Source: Eledone cirrhosa (taxonomy: Eukaryota). From it: a stretch of 64,000 nt of DNA. The DNA is taken from contig OZ024745.1 of the NCBI GenBank assembly GCA_964016885.1, positions 4,774,001 to 4,838,000 on the forward strand, given 5' to 3'. Positions 12,200 through 26,700 of this stretch are shown in pieces; the stretch's first letter is position 1, and the number at the start of each line of letters is the position of its first letter. A model generated the notes under the pieces. It worked only from the letters and a program-made list of their open reading frames with translations. It was not told the origin of the DNA and did not search any database. The position numbers were made by a program, and so were the translations under genes.

Positions 12200-15100
12200 C
12201 AGTTGAGTGTCTTCAGTACCCTAGTAGTGTACAGTTGAGAGTCCTCAGTACCCTAGTAGTGTACAACTGGCTTCAGTACCCTAGTATTATACAGTTGAGT
12301 CTTCAGTGCCCTAGTAGTGTATAGTTGAGTGTCTTCAGTACCCTAGGAGTGTTCACTTGAGAGTCTTCAGTACCCTAGTAGTTTACAACTGCTTTCAGTA
12401 CCTCAGTAGTGTACAACTGTCTTCAGTACCCTAGTAGTGTACAGTTGAGTGTCTTCAGTACCCTAGTAGTGTACAACTGTCTTCAGTACCCTAATAGTGT
12501 ACAGTTGAGAGTATTCAGTACCCTAGTAGTTTACAACTGTTTTCAGTACCCCAGTAGTGTACAACTGTCTTCAGTACCCTAGTAGTGTACAGTTGAGAGT
12601 CTTCAGTACCCTAGTAGTTTACAACTGTTTTCAGTACCCCAGTAGTGTACAACTGTCTTCAGTACCCTAGTAGTGTACAGTTGAGTGTCTTCAGTACCCT
12701 AGTAGTGTGCAACTGTCTTCAGTACCCTAGTAGTGTACAGTTGAGTGTCTTCAGTACCCTAGTAGTGTATAACTGTCTTCAGTACCCTAATAGTGTACAG
12801 TTGAGAGTATTCAGTACCCTAGTAGTGTACAGTTGAGAGTCTTCAGTACCCTAGTAATGTACAACTGTCTTCAGTACCCTAGTAGTGTACAGTTGAGAGT
12901 CTTCAGTACTCTAGTAGTGTACAGTTGAGTGTCTTCAGTACCCTAGTAGTGTACAACTGTCTTCAGTACCCTAGTAGTGTACAGTTGAATGTCTTCAGTA
13001 CCCTAGTAGTGTACAATTGAGAGTCTTCAGTACCCTAGTAGTGTACAACTGTCTTCAGTACCCTAGTAGTGTACAGTTGAGAGTCTTCAGTACCTTAGTA
13101 GTGTACAACTGTCTGCAGTACCCTAGTAGTGTACAGTTGAGAGTTTTCAGTACCCTAGTAGTGTGCAACTGTCTTCAGTACCCTAGTAGTGTACAGTTGA
13201 GAGTCTTCAGTACCCTAGTAGTGTACAACTGTCTTCAGTACCCTAGTAGTGTACAGTTAGGTGTCTTCAGTACCCCAGTAGTGTACAGTTGAGAGTCTTC
13301 AGTACCCTAGTAGTGTACAGTTGAGTGTCTTCAGTACCCTAGTAGTGTACAGTTAGGTGTCTTCAGTACCCTAGTAGTGTACAGTTTGGTGTCTTCAGTA
13401 CTCTAGTAGTGTACAGTTTGGTGTCTTCAGTACCCTAGTAGTGTACAACTGTCTTCAGTACCCTAGTAGTGTACAACTGTCTTCAGTACCCTAGTAGTGT
13501 ACAACTGTCTTCCGTACCCTAGTAGTGTACAGTTGAGAGTCTTCAGTACCCTAGTAGTGTACAACTGTCTTCAGTACCCTAGTAGTGTACAGTTGAGTGT
13601 CTTCAGTACCCTAGTAGTGTACAGTTGAGAGTCTTCAGTACCTTAGTAGTGTACAACTGTCTTCAGTACTCTAGTAGTGTACAGTTGAGAGTCTTCAGTA
13701 CCCTAGTAGTGTACAACTGTCTTCAGTACCCTAGTAGTGTACAGTTGAGAGTCTTCAGTACCCTAGTAGTGTACAGTTGAGTGTCTTCAGTACCCTAGTA
13801 GTGTACAGTTAGGTGTCTTCAGTACCCTAGTAGTGTACAGTTTGGTGTCTTCAGTACTCTAGTAGTGTACAGTTTGGTGTCTTCAGTACCCTAGTAGTGT
13901 ACAACTGTCTTCAGTACCCTAGTAGTGTACAACTGTCTTCAGTACCCTAGTAGTGTACAACTGTCTTCCGTACCCTAGTAGTGTACAGTTGAGAGTCTTC
14001 AGTACCCTAGTAGTGTACAACTGTCTTCAGTACCCTAGTAGTGTACAGTTGAGTGTCTTCAGTACCCTAGTAGTGTACAGTTGAGAGTCCTCAGTACCCT
14101 AGTAGTGTACAACTGGCTTCAGTACCCTAGTATTATACAGTTGAGTCTTCAGTGCCCTAGTAGTGTATAGTTGAGTGTCTTCAGTACCCTAGGAGTGTTC
14201 ACTTGAGAGTCTTCAGTACCCTAGTAGTTTACAACTGCTTTCAGTACCTCAGTAGTGTACAACTGTCTTCAGTACCCTAGTAGTGTACAGTTGAGTGTCT
14301 TCAGTACCCTAGTAGTGTACAACTGTCTTCAGTACCCTAATAGTGTACAGTTGAGAGTATTCAGTACCCTAGTAGTTTACAACTGTTTTCAGTACCCCAG
14401 TAGTGTACAACTGTCTTCAGTACCCTAGTAGTGTACAGTTGAGAGTCTTCAGTACCCTAGTAGTTTACAACTGTTTTCAGTACCCCAGTAGTGTACAACT
14501 GTCTTCAGTACCCTAGTAGTGTACAGTTGAGTGTCTTCAGTACCCTAGTAGTGTGCAACTGTCTTCAGTACCCTAGTAGTGTACAGTTGAGTGTCTTCAG
14601 TACCCTAGTAGTGTACAACTGTCTTCAGTACCCTAATAGTGTACAGTTGAGAGTATTCAGTACCCTAGTAGTGTACAGTTGAGAGTCTTCAGTACCCTAG
14701 TAATGTACAACTGTCTTCAGTACCCTAGTAGTGTACAGTTGAGAGTCTTCAGTACTCTAGTAGTGTACAGTTGAGTGTCTTCAGTACCCTAGTAGTGTAC
14801 AACTGTCTTCAGTACCCTAGTAGTGTACAGTTGAATGTCTTCAGTACCCTAGTAGTGTACAATTGAGAGTCTTCAGTACCCTAGTAGTGTACAACTGTCT
14901 TCAGTACCCTAGTAGTGTACAGTTGAGAGTCTTCAGTACCTTAGTAGTGTACAACTGTCTGCAGTACCCTAGTAGTGTACAGTTGAGAGTTTTCAGTACC
15001 CTAGTAGTGTGCAACTGTCTTCAGTACCCTAGTAGTGTACAGTTGAGAGTCTTCAGTACCCTAGTAGTGTACAACTGTCTTCAGTACCCTAGTAGTGTAC

Positions 15101-15355
15101 AGTTAGGTGTCTTCAGTACCCCAGTAGTGTACAGTTGAGAGTCTTCAGTACCCTAGTAGTGTACAGTTGAGTGTCTTCAGTACCCTAGTAGTGTACAGTT
15201 AGGTGTCTTCAGTACCCTAGTAGTGTACAGTTTGGTGTCTTCAGTACTCTAGTAGTGTACAGTTTGGTGTCTTCAGTACCCTAGTAGTGTACAACTGTCT
15301 TCAGTACCCTAGTAGTGTACAACTGTCTTCAGTACCCTAGTAGTGTACAACTGTC
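12200..15355 (+). repeat. Direct duplication of a ~1.3-kb block at 1846-bp offset, with an inner 456-bp duplication
   Basis: GTCCTC..TATTATAC..GTTCACTTG series at 12241 and 14087. Identical ORF pairs 12645/14491 and 13017/14863 (offset 1846). TCCGT variant at 13511/13967 and GTTTGGT at 13384/13840 (offset 456). Confidence 0.85.
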
Positions 15356-18300
15356 TTCAGTACCCTAGTAGTGTACAGTTGAGAGTCTTCAGTACCTTAG
15401 TAGTGTACAACTGTCTTCAGTACTCTAGTAGTGTACAGTTGAGAGTCTTCAGTACCCTAGTAGTGTACAACTGTCTTCAGTACCCTAGTAGTGTACAACT
15501 GACTGTCTTCAGTACCCTAGTAGTGTACTGTTAGGTGTCTTCAGTACCCTAGTAGTGTACAGTTGAGTGTCTTCAGTACCGTAGTAGTGTACAACTGGCT
15601 TCTGTACCCTAGTAGTGTACAACTGTATTCAGTACCCTAGTAGTGTACAACTGTCTTCGGTACCCTAGTAGTGTATAACTGTCTTTAGTACCCTAGTAGT
15701 GTACAGTTGAGTGTCTTTAGTAACCTAGTAGTGTACAACTGGCTTCAGTACCCTAGTAGTGTACACCTGTCTTCAGTACCCTAGTAGTGTACAACTGCCT
15801 TCAGTACCCTAGTAGTGTACAGTTGAGTGTCTTCAGTAACCTAGTAGTGTACAACTGTCTTCAGTACCCTAGTAGTGTACAACTGTCTCCAGTACCTTAG
15901 TAGTGTAGAGTTGAGTGTCTTCAGTACCCTAGTAGTGTACAACTGGCTTCAGTACCCTAGTAGTATACAGTTGAGTCTTCAGTACCCTAGTAGTGTACAG
16001 TTGAGTGTCTTCAGTACCTTAGTAGTGTACAACTGTCTTCAGTACCCTAGTAGTGTACAGTTGAGTGTCTTCAGTACCCTAGTAGTGTACAGTTGAGAGT
16101 CTTCAGTACCTTAGTAGTGTACAACTGTCTTCAGTACTCTAGTAGTGTACAGTTGAGAGTCTTCAGTACCCTAGTAGTGTACAACTGTCTTCAGTACCCT
16201 AGTAGTGTACAACTGACTGTCTTCAGTACCCTAGTAGTGTACAGTTAGGTGTCTTCAGTACCCTAGTAGTGTACAGTTGAGTGTTTTCAGTACCCCAGTA
16301 GTGTACAGTTGAGTGTCTTCAGTACCCTAGTAGTATACAACTGGCTTCAGTACCCTAGTAGTATACAGTTGAGAGTTTTCAGTACCCTAGTAGTGTACAG
16401 TTGAGAGTCTTCAGTACCCTAGTAGTGTACAACTGGCTTCAGTACCCTAGTAGTATACAGTTGAGAGTTTTCAGTACCCTAGTAGTGTACAGTTGAGAGT
16501 CTTCAGTACCCTAGTAGTGTACAACTGGCTTCAGTACCCTAGTAGTATACAGTTGAGTCTTCAGTATCCTAGTAGTGTACAGTCGAGTGTCTTCAGAACC
16601 CTAGTAGTGTACAACTGGCTTCAGTACCCTAGTAGTATACAGTTGAGAGTTTTCAGTACCCTAGTAGTGTACAGTTGAGAGTCTTCAGTACCCTAGTAGT
16701 GTACAACTGGCTTCAGTACCCTAGTAGTATACAGTTGAGTCTTCAGTGCCCTAGTAGTGTATAGTTGAGTGTCTTCAGTACCCTAGGAGTGTTCAGTTGA
16801 GAGTCTTCAGTACCCTAGTAGTTTACAACTGCTTTCAGTACCCCAGTAGTGTACAACTGTCTTCAGTACCCTAGTAGTGTACAGTTGAGTGTCTTCAGTA
16901 CCCTAGTAGTGTACAACTGTCTTCAGTACCCTAGTAGTGTACAGTTGAGAGTCTTCAGTACCCCAGTAGTTTACAACTGTTTTCAGTACCCCAGTAGTGT
17001 ACAACTGTCTTCAGTACCCTAGTAGTGTACAGTTGAGTGTCTTCAGTACCCTAGTAGTGTACAACTGTCTTCAGTACCCTAGTAGTGTACAGTTGAGTGT
17101 CTTCAGTACCCTAGTAGTGTACAACTGTCTTCAGTACCCTAATAGTGTACAGTTGAGAGTATTCAGTACGCTAGTAGTGTACAGTTGAGAGTCTTCAGTA
17201 CTCTAGTAATGTACAGTTGAGTGTCTTCAGTACCCTAGTAGTGTACAACTGTCTTCAGTACCCTAGTAGTGTACAGTTGAATGTCTTCAGTACCCTAGTA
17301 GTGTACAATTGAGAGTCTTCAGTACCCTAGTAGTGTACAACTGTCTTCAGTACCCTAGTAGTGTACAGTTGAGAGTCTTCAGTACCTTAGTAGTGTACAA
17401 CTGTCTGCAGTACCCTAGTAGTGTACAGTTGAGAGTTTTCAGTACCCTAGTAGTGTGCAACTGTCTTCAGTACCCTAGTAGTGTACAGTTGAGAGTCTTC
17501 AGTACCCTAGTAGTGTACAACTGTCTTCAGTACCCTAGTAGTGTACAGTTGAGAGTTTTCAGTACCCTAGTAGTGTACAACTGTCTTCAGTACCCTAGTA
17601 GTGTACAGTTAGGTGTCTTCAGTACCCTAGTAGTGTACAGTTGAGAGTCTTCAGTACCCTAGTAGTGTACAGTTGAGTGTCTTCAGTACCCTAGTAGTGT
17701 ACAGTTAGGTGTCTTCAGTACCCTAGTAGTGTACAGTTTGGTGTCTTCAGTACTCTAGTAGTGTACAGTTTGGTGTCTTCAGTACCCTAGTAGTGTACAA
17801 CTGTCTTCAGTACCCTATTAGTGTACAACTGTCTTCAGTACCCTAGTAGTGTACAACCGTCTTCAGTACCCTAGTAGTGTACGGTAAGGTGTCTTCAATA
17901 CCCTAGTATTGTACAACTGTCTTCAGTACCCTAGTAGTGTACAACTGTCTTCAGTACCCTAGTAGTGTACAGTTGAGAGTCTTCAGTACCCTAGTAGTGT
18001 ACAGTTGAGAGTCTTCAGTACCCTAGTAGTGTACAGTTGAGAGTCTTCAGTACCCTAGTAGTGTACAACTGTCTTCAGTACCCTAGTAGTGTACAGTTGA
18101 GTGTCTTCAGTACCCTAGTAGTGTACAGTTGAGAGTCTTCAGTACCTTAGTAGTGTACAACTGTCTTCAGTACCCTAGTAGTGTACAGTTGAGAGTCTTC
18201 AGTACCCTAGTAGTGTACAACTATCTTCAGTACCCTAGTAGTGTACAACTGACTGTCTTCAGTACCCTAGTAGTGTACAGTTAGGTGTCTTCAGTACCCT

Positions 18301-19399
18301 AGTAGTGTACAGTTGAGTGTCTTCAGTACCGTAGTAGTGTACAACTGGCTTCTGTACCCTAGTAGTGTACAACTGTATTCAGTACCCTAGTAGTGTACAA
18401 CTGTCTTCGGTACCCTAGTAGTGTATAACTGTATTCAGTACCCTAGTAGTGTACAACTGCCTTCAGTACCCTAGTAGTGTACAGTTGAGTGTCTTCAGTA
18501 ACCTAGTAGTGTACAACTGTCTCCAGTACCTTAGTAGTGTACAGTTGAGAGTCTTCAGTACCCTAGTAGTGTACAGTTGAGTGTCTTCAGTACCCTAGTA
18601 GTGTACAGTTGAGAGTCCTCAGTACGCTAGTAGTGTACAACTGTCTTCAGTACCCTAGTAGTGTACAATTGAGAGTCTTCAGTACCCTAGTAGTGTACAG
18701 TTGAGTCTTCAGTACCCTAGTAGTGTACAGTTGAGTGTCTTCAGTACCCTAGTAGTGTACAACTGGCTTCAGTACCCTAGTAGTATACAGTTGAGTCTTC
18801 AGTACCCTAGTAGTGTACAGTTGAGTGTCTTCAGTACCTTAGTAGTGTACAACTGTCTTCAGTACCCTAGTAGTGTACAGTTGAGAGTCTTCAGTACCCT
18901 AGTAGTGTACCACTGTCTTCAGTACCCTAGTAGTGTACAACTGACTGTCTTCAGTACCCTAGTAGTGTACAGTTGAGTGTCTTCAGTACCGTAGTAGTGT
19001 ACAACTGGCTTCTGTACCCTAGTAGTGTACAACTGTATTCAGTACCCTAGTAGTGTACAACTGGCTTCGGTACCCTAGTAGTGTATAACTGTCTTTAGTA
19101 CCCTAGTAGTGTACAGTTGAGTGTCTTCAGTACCCTAGTAGTGTACAACTGGCTTCAGTACCCTAGTAGTGTACAACTGTCTTCAGTACCCTAGTAGTGT
19201 ACAACTGCCTTCAGTACCCTAGTAGTGTACAGTTGAGTGTCTTCAGTACCCTAGTAGTGTACAACTGTCTTCAGTAACCTAGTAGTGTACAACTGTCTTC
19301 AGTACCCTAGTAGTGTACAACTGTCTCCAGTACCTTAGTAGTGTACAGTTGAGTGTCTTCAGTACCCTAGTAGTGTACAACTGGCTTCAGTACTCTAGT

Positions 19400-22300
19400 A
19401 GTATACAGTTGAGTCTTCAGTACCCTAGTAGTGTACAGTTGAGTGTCTTCATTACCCTAGTAGTGTACAACTGGCTTCAGTAACCTAGTAGTATACAGTT
19501 GAGATTCTTCAGTACCCTAGTAGTGTACAACTGGCTTCAGTACCCTTGTAGTATACAGTTGAGAGTCTTCAGTACCCTAGTAGTGTACAGTTGAGTGTCT
19601 TCAGTACCCTAGTAGTGTACAGTTGAGTGTCTTCAGTACCCTAGTAGTGTAGAACTGGCTTCAGTACCCTAGTAGTGTACAACTGTCTTCAGTACCCTAG
19701 TAGTATACAGATGAGTCTTCAGTACCCTAGTAGTGTACAGTTGAGTGTCTTCAGTACCCTAGTAGTGTACAGTTGAGTGTCTTCAGTACCCTAGTAGTGT
19801 ACAGTTGAGAGTCTTCAGTACCCTAGTAGTGTACAACTGGCTTCAGTACCCTAGTAGTGTACAACTGTCTTCAGTACCCTAGTAGTATACAGTTGAGAGT
19901 CTTCAGTACCCTAGTAGTGTACAGTTGAGTGTCTTCAGTACCCTAGTAGTGTACAGTTGAGTGTCTTCAGTACCCTAGAAGCGTACAACTGGCTTGAGTA
20001 CCCTAGTAGTATACAGTTGAGTCTTCAGTATCCTAGTAGTGTACAGTCGAGTGTCTTCAGTACCCTAGTAGTATACAGTCGAGTGTCTTCAGTACCCTAG
20101 TAGTGTACAATTGGCTTCAGTACCCTAGTAGTGTACAGTTGAGAGTCTTCAGTACCCTAGTATTGTACAACTGGCTTCAGTACCCTAGTAGTATACAGTT
20201 GAGTCTTCAGTGCCCTAGTAGTGTATAGTTGAGTGTCTTCAGTACCCTAAGCGTGTTCAGTTGATAGTCTTCAGTACCCTAGCAGTTTACAACTGTTTTC
20301 AGTACCCTAGTAGTGTACAGTTGAGTGTCTTCAGTACCCTAGTAGTGTACAACTGTCTTCAGTACCCTAATAGTGTACAGTTGAGAGTATTCAGTACCCT
20401 AGTAGTGTACAACTGTCTTCAGTACTCTAGTAATGTACAACTGTCTTCAGTACCCTAGTAGTGTACAGTTAAGAGTCTTCAGTACTCTAGTAGTGTACAG
20501 TTGATAGTCTTCAGTACCCTAATACTGTACAACTGTCTTCAGTACCCTAGTAGTGTACAGTTGAGTCTTCAGTACCCTAGTAGTGTACAACTGTCTTCAG
20601 TACCCTAGTAGTGTACAGTTGAGAGTCTTCAGTACCCTAGTACTGTACAACTGTCTTCAGTACCCTAGTAGTGTACAGTTGAGAGTCTTCAGTACCCTAG
20701 TAGTGTACAACTGTCTTCAGTACCCTAGTAGTGTACAGTTAGGTGTCTTCAGTACCCTAGTAGTGTACAGGTGAGAGTCTTCAGTACCCTAGTAGTGTAC
20801 AACTGTCTTCAGTACCCTAGTAGTGTACAGTTGAGTGTCTTCAGTACCCTAGTAGTGTACAGTTAGGTGTCTTCAGTACCCTAGTAGTGTACAGTTTGGT
20901 GTCTTCAGTACTCTAGTAGTGTACAGTTTGGTGTCTTCAGTACCCTAGTAGTGTACAACTGTCTTCAGTACCCTAGTAGTGTACAACTGTCTTCAGTACC
21001 CTAGTAGTGTACAACTGTCTTCAGTACCCTAGTAGTGTACGGTAAGGTGTCTTCAATACCCTAGTATTGTACAACTGTCTTCAGTACCCTAGTAGTGTAC
21101 AACTGTCTTCAGTACCCTAGTAGTGTACAGTTGAGAGTCTTCAGTACCCTAGTAGTGTACAACTGTCTTCAGTACCCTAGTAGTGTACAGTTGAGTGTCT
21201 TCAGTACCCTAGTAGTGTACAGTTGAGAGTCTTCAGTACCTTAGTAGTGTACAACTATCTTCAGTACCCTAGTAGTGTACAACTGACTGTCTTCAGTACC
21301 CTAGTAGTGTACAGTTAGGTGTCTTCAGTACCCTAGTAGTGTACAGTTGAGTGTCTTCAGTACCGTAGTAGTGTACAACTGGCTTCTGTACCCTAGTAGT
21401 GTACAACTGTATTCAGTACCCTAGTAGTGTACAACTGTCTTCGGTGTCCTAGTAGTGTATAACTGTCTTTAGTACCCTAGTAGTGTACAGTTGAGTGTCT
21501 TTAGTACCCTAGTAGTGTACAACTGGCTTCAGTACCCTAGTAGTGTACAACTGTCTTCAGTACCCTAGTAGTGTACAACTGCCTTCAGTACCCTAGTAGT
21601 GTACAGTTGAGTGTCTTCAGTAACCTAGTAGTGTACAACTGTCTTCAGTACCCTAGTAGTGTACAACTGTCTCCAGTACCTTAGTAGTGTACAGTTGAGA
21701 GTCTTCAGTACCCTAGCAGTGTACAGTTGAGTGTCTTCAGTACCCTAGTAGTGTACAGTTGAGAGTCCTCAGTACCCTAGTAGTGTACAACTGTCTTCAG
21801 TACCCTAGTAGTGTACAATTGAGAGTCTTCAGTACCCTAGTAGTGTACAGTTGAGTCTTCAGTACCCTAGTAGTGTACAGTTGAGTGTCTTCAGTACCCT
21901 AGTAGTGTACAACTGGCTTCAGTACCCTAGTAGTATACAGTTGAGTCTTCAGTACCCTAGTAGTGTACAGTTGAGTGTCTTCAGTACCTTAGTAGTGTAC
22001 AACTGTCTTCAGTACCCTAGTAGTGTACAGTTGAGAGTCTTCAGTACCCTAGTAGTGTACAACTGTCTTCTGTACCCTAGTAGTGTACAACTGACTGTCT
22101 TCAGTACCCTAGTAGTGTACAGTTTGGTGTCTTCAGTACCCTAGTAGTGTACAGTTGAGTGTCTTCAGTACCGTAGTAGTGTACAACTGGCTTCTGTACC
22201 CTAGTAGTGTACAACTGTATTCAGTACCCTAGTAGTGTACAACTGGCTTCGGTACCCTAGTAGTGTATAACTGTCTTTAGTACCCTAGTAGTGTACAGTT

Positions 22301-23720
22301 GAGTGTCTTCAGTACCCTAGTAGTGTACAACTGGCTTCAGTACCCTAGTAGTGTACAACTGTCTTCAGTACCCCAGTAGTGTACAACTGGCTTCAGTACC
22401 CTAGTAGTATACAGTTGAGTCTTCAGTACCCTAGTAGTGTACAGTTGAGTGTCTTCATTACCCTAGTAGTGTACAACTGGCTTCAGTACCCTAGTAGTAT
22501 ACAGTTGAGATTCTTCAGTACCCTAGTAGTGTACAACTGGCTTCAGTACCCTAGTAGTATACAGTTGAGAGTCTTCAGTACCCTAGTAGTGTACAGTTGA
22601 GTGTCTTCAGTACCCTAGTAGTGTACAGTTGAGTGTCTTCAGTACCCTAGTAGTGTACAACTGGCTTCAGTACCCTAGTAGTGTACAACTGTCTTCAGTA
22701 CCCTAGTAGTATACAGTTGAGTCTTCAGTACCCTAGTAGTGTACAGTTGAGTGTCTTCAGTACCCTAGTAGTGTACAGTTGAGTGTCTTCAGTACCCTAG
22801 TAGTGTACAGTTGAGAGTCTTCAGTACCCTAGTAGTGTACAACTGGCTTCAGTACCCTAGTAGTGTACAACTGTCTTCAGTACCCTAGTAGTATACAGTT
22901 GAGAGTCTTCAGTACCCTAGTAGTGTACAGTTGAGTGTCTTCAGTACCCTAGTAGTGTACAGTTGAGTGTCTTCAGTACCCTAGAAGCGTACAACTGGCT
23001 TCAGTACCCTAGTAGTATACAGTTGAGTCTTCAGTATCCTAGTAGTGTACAGTCGAGTGTCTTCAGTACCCTAGTAGTATACAGTCGAGTGTCTTCAGTA
23101 CCCTAGTAGTGTACAATTGGCTTCAGTACCCTAGTAGTGTACAGTTGAGAGTCTTCAGTACCCTAGTATTGTACAACTGGCTTCAGTACCCTAGTAGTAT
23201 ACAGTTGAGTCTTCAGTGCCCTAGTAGTGTATAGTTGAGTGTCTTCAGTACCCTAAGCGTGTTCAGTTGATAGTCTTCAGTACCCTAGCAGTTTACAACT
23301 GTTTTCAGTACCCTAGTAGTGTACAGTTGAGTGTCTTCAGTACCCTAGTAGTGTACAACTGTCTTCAGTACCCTAATAGTGTACAGTTGAGAGTATTCAG
23401 TACCCTAGTAGTGTACAACTGTCTTCAGTACCCTAGTAATGTACAACTGTCTTCAGTACCCTAGTAGTGTACAGTTGAGAGTCTTCAGTACTCTAGTAGT
23501 GTACAGTTGATAGTCTTCAGTACCCTAGTACTGTACAACTGTCTTCAGTACCCTAGTAGTGTACAGTTGAGAGTCTTCAGTACCCTAGTAGTGTACAACT
23601 GTCTTCAGTACCCTAGTAGTGTACAGTTGAGAGTCTTCAGTACCCTAGTACTGTACAACTGTCTTCAGTACCCTAGTAGTGTACAGTTGAGAGTCTTCAG
23701 TACCCTAGTAGTGTACAACT
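19400..23720 (+). repeat. Direct duplication of a ~1.3-kb block at 3006-bp offset
   Basis: Rare variant GAAGCGTAC at 19978/22984. CCCTAAGCGTGTTCAGTTGATAG near 20246/23252. ORF starts 20261/23267. Confidence 0.85.
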
Positions 23721-26700
23721 GTCTTCAGTACCCTAGTAGTGTACAGTTGAGTGTCTTCAGTAGCCTAGTGGTGTACAACTGTCTTCAGTACCCTAGTAGT
23801 GTACAGTTGATAGTCTTCAGTACCCTAGTAGTGTACAACTGTCTTCAATACCCTAGTAGTGTGCAGTTGAGAGTCTTCAGTACCCTAGTAGTGTACAACT
23901 GTCTTCAGTACCCTAGTAGTGTACAACTGTCTTCAGTACCCTAGTAGTGTACAACTGTCTTCAGTACCCTAGTAGTGTACAACTGTCTTCAGTACCCTAG
24001 TAGTGTACAGTTGAGAGTCTTCAGTACCCTAGTAGTGTACAACTGTCTTCAGTACCGTAGTAGTGTACAGTTGAGAGTCTTCAGTACCCTAGTAGTGTAG
24101 AACTGTCTTCAGTACCCTAGTAGTGTACAGTTGAGAGTCTTCAGTACCCTAGTAGTGTACAACTGTCTTCAATACGCTAGTAGTGTACAACTGTCTTCAG
24201 TACCCTAGTAGTGTACAGTTGAGTCTTCAGTACCCTAGTAGTGTACAACTGTCTTCAGTACGCTAGTAGTGTACAGTTGAGTGTATTCAGCACCCTAGTA
24301 GTGTACAACTGTCTTCAGTACCCTAGTAGTGTAGAGTTGAGTGTCTTCAGTACTCTAGTAGTGTACAGTTGATAGTCTTCAGTACCCTAGTACTGTACAA
24401 CTGTCTTCAGTACCCTAGTAGTGTACAGTTGAGAGTCTTCAGTACCGTAGTAGTGTACAACTGTCTTCAGTACCCTAGTAGTGTACAGTTGAGTGTCTTC
24501 AGTACCGTAGTAGTGTACAGTTGAGAGTCTTCAGTACCCTAGTAGTGTACAACTGTCTTCAGTACCCTAGTAGTGTACAACTGACTGTCTTCAGTACCCT
24601 AGTAGTGTACAGTTAGGTGTCTTCAGTACCATAGTAGTGTACAGTTGAGTGTCTTCAGTACCCCAGTAGTGTACAGTTGAGTGTCTTCAGTACCCTAGTA
24701 GTATACAACTGGCTTCAGTACCCTAGTAGTATACAGTTGAGTCTTCAGTATCCTAGTAGTGTACAGTTGAGTGTCTTCAGTACCCTAGTAGTGTACAACT
24801 GGCTTCAGTACCCTAGTAGTATACAGTTGAGTCTTCAGTGCCCTAGTAGTGTATAGTTGAGTGTCTTCAGTACCCTAGTAGTGTACAACTGTCTTCAGTA
24901 CCCTAATAGTGTACAGTTGAGAGTATTCAGTACCCTAGTAGTTTACAACTGTTTTCAGTACCCCAGTAGTGTACAACTGTCTTCAGTACCCTAGTAGTGT
25001 ACAGTTGAGTGTCTTCAGTACCCTAGTAGTGTACAACTGTCTTCAGTACCCTAGTAGTGTACAGTTGAGAGTCTTCAGTACCCTAGTAGTTTACAACTGT
25101 TTTCAGTACCCCAGTAGTGTACAACTGTCTTCAGTACCCTAGTAGTGTACAGTTGAGTGTCTTCAGTACCCTAGTAGTGTACAACTGTCTTCAGTACCCT
25201 AGTAGTGTACAGTTGAGTGTCTTCAGTACCCTAGTAGTGTACAACTGTCTTCAGTACCCTAATAGTGTACAGTTGATAGTATTCAGTACCCTAGTAGTGT
25301 ACAGTTGAGAGTCTTCAGTACTCTAGTAGTGTACAGTTGAGTGTCTTCAGTACCCTAGTAGTGTACAACTGTCTTCAGTACCCTAGTAGTGTACAGTTGA
25401 ATGTCTTCAGTACCCTAGTAGTGTACAATTGAGAGTCTTCAGTACCCTAGTAGTGTACAACTGTCTTCAGTACCCTAGTAGTGTACAGTTGAGAGTCTTC
25501 AGTACCTTAGTAGTGTACAACTGTCTGCAGTACCCTAGTAGTGTACAGTTGAGAGTTTTCAGTACCCTAGTAGTGTGCAACTGTCTTCAGTACCCTAGTA
25601 GTGTACAGCTGAGAGTCTTCAGTACCCTAGTAGTGTACAACTGTCTTCAGTACCCTAGTAGTGTACAGTTGAGAGTTTTCAGTACCCTAGTAGTGTACAA
25701 CTGTCTTCAGTACCCTAGTAGTGTACAGTTAGGTGTCTTCAGTACCCTAGTAGTGTACAGTTGAGAGTCTTCAGTACCCTAGTAGTGTACAGTTGAGTGT
25801 CTTCAGTACCCTAGTAGTGTACAGTTAGGTGTCTTCAGTACCCTAGTAGTGTACAGTTTGGTGTCTTCAGTACTCTAGTAGTGTACAGTTTGGTGTCTTC
25901 AGTACCCTAGTAGTGTACAACTGTCTTCAGTACCCTAGTAGTGTACAACTGTCTTCAGTACCCTAGTAGTGTACAACTGTCTTCAGTACCCTAGTAGTGT
26001 ACGGTAAGGTGTCTTCAATACCCTAGTATTGTACAACTGTCTTCAGTACCCTAGTAGTGTACAACTGTCTTCAGTACCCTAGTAGTGTACAGTTGAGAGT
26101 CTTCAGTACCCTAGTAGTGTACAACTGTCTTCAGTACCCTAGTAGTGTACAGTTGAGTGTCTTCAGTACCCTAGTAGTGTACAGTTAAGAGTCTTCAGTA
26201 CCTTAGTAGTGTACAACTGTCTTCAGTACCCTAGTAGTGTACAGTTGAGAGTCTTCAGTACCCTAGTAGTGTACAACTATCTTCAGTACCCTAGTAGTGT
26301 ACAACTGACTGTCTTCAGTACCCTAGTAGTGTACAGTTGAGTGTCTTCAGTACCCTAGTAGTGTACAACTGTCTTCAGTACCCTAATAGTGTACAGTTGA
26401 GAGTATTCAGTACCCTAGTAGTGAACAGTTGAGAGTCTTCAGTACCCTAGTAATGTACAACTGTCTTCAGTACCCTAGTAGTGTACAGTTGAGAGTCTTC
26501 AGTACTCTAGTAGTGTACAGTTGAGTGTCTTCAGTACCCTAGTAGTGTACAACTGTCTTCAGTACCCTAGTAGTGTACAGTTGAATGTCTTCAGTACCCT
26601 AGTAGTGTACAATTGAGAGTCTTCAGTACCCTAGTAGTGTACAACTGTCTTCAGTACCCTAGTAGTGTACAGTTGAGAGTCTTCAGTACCTTAGTAGTGT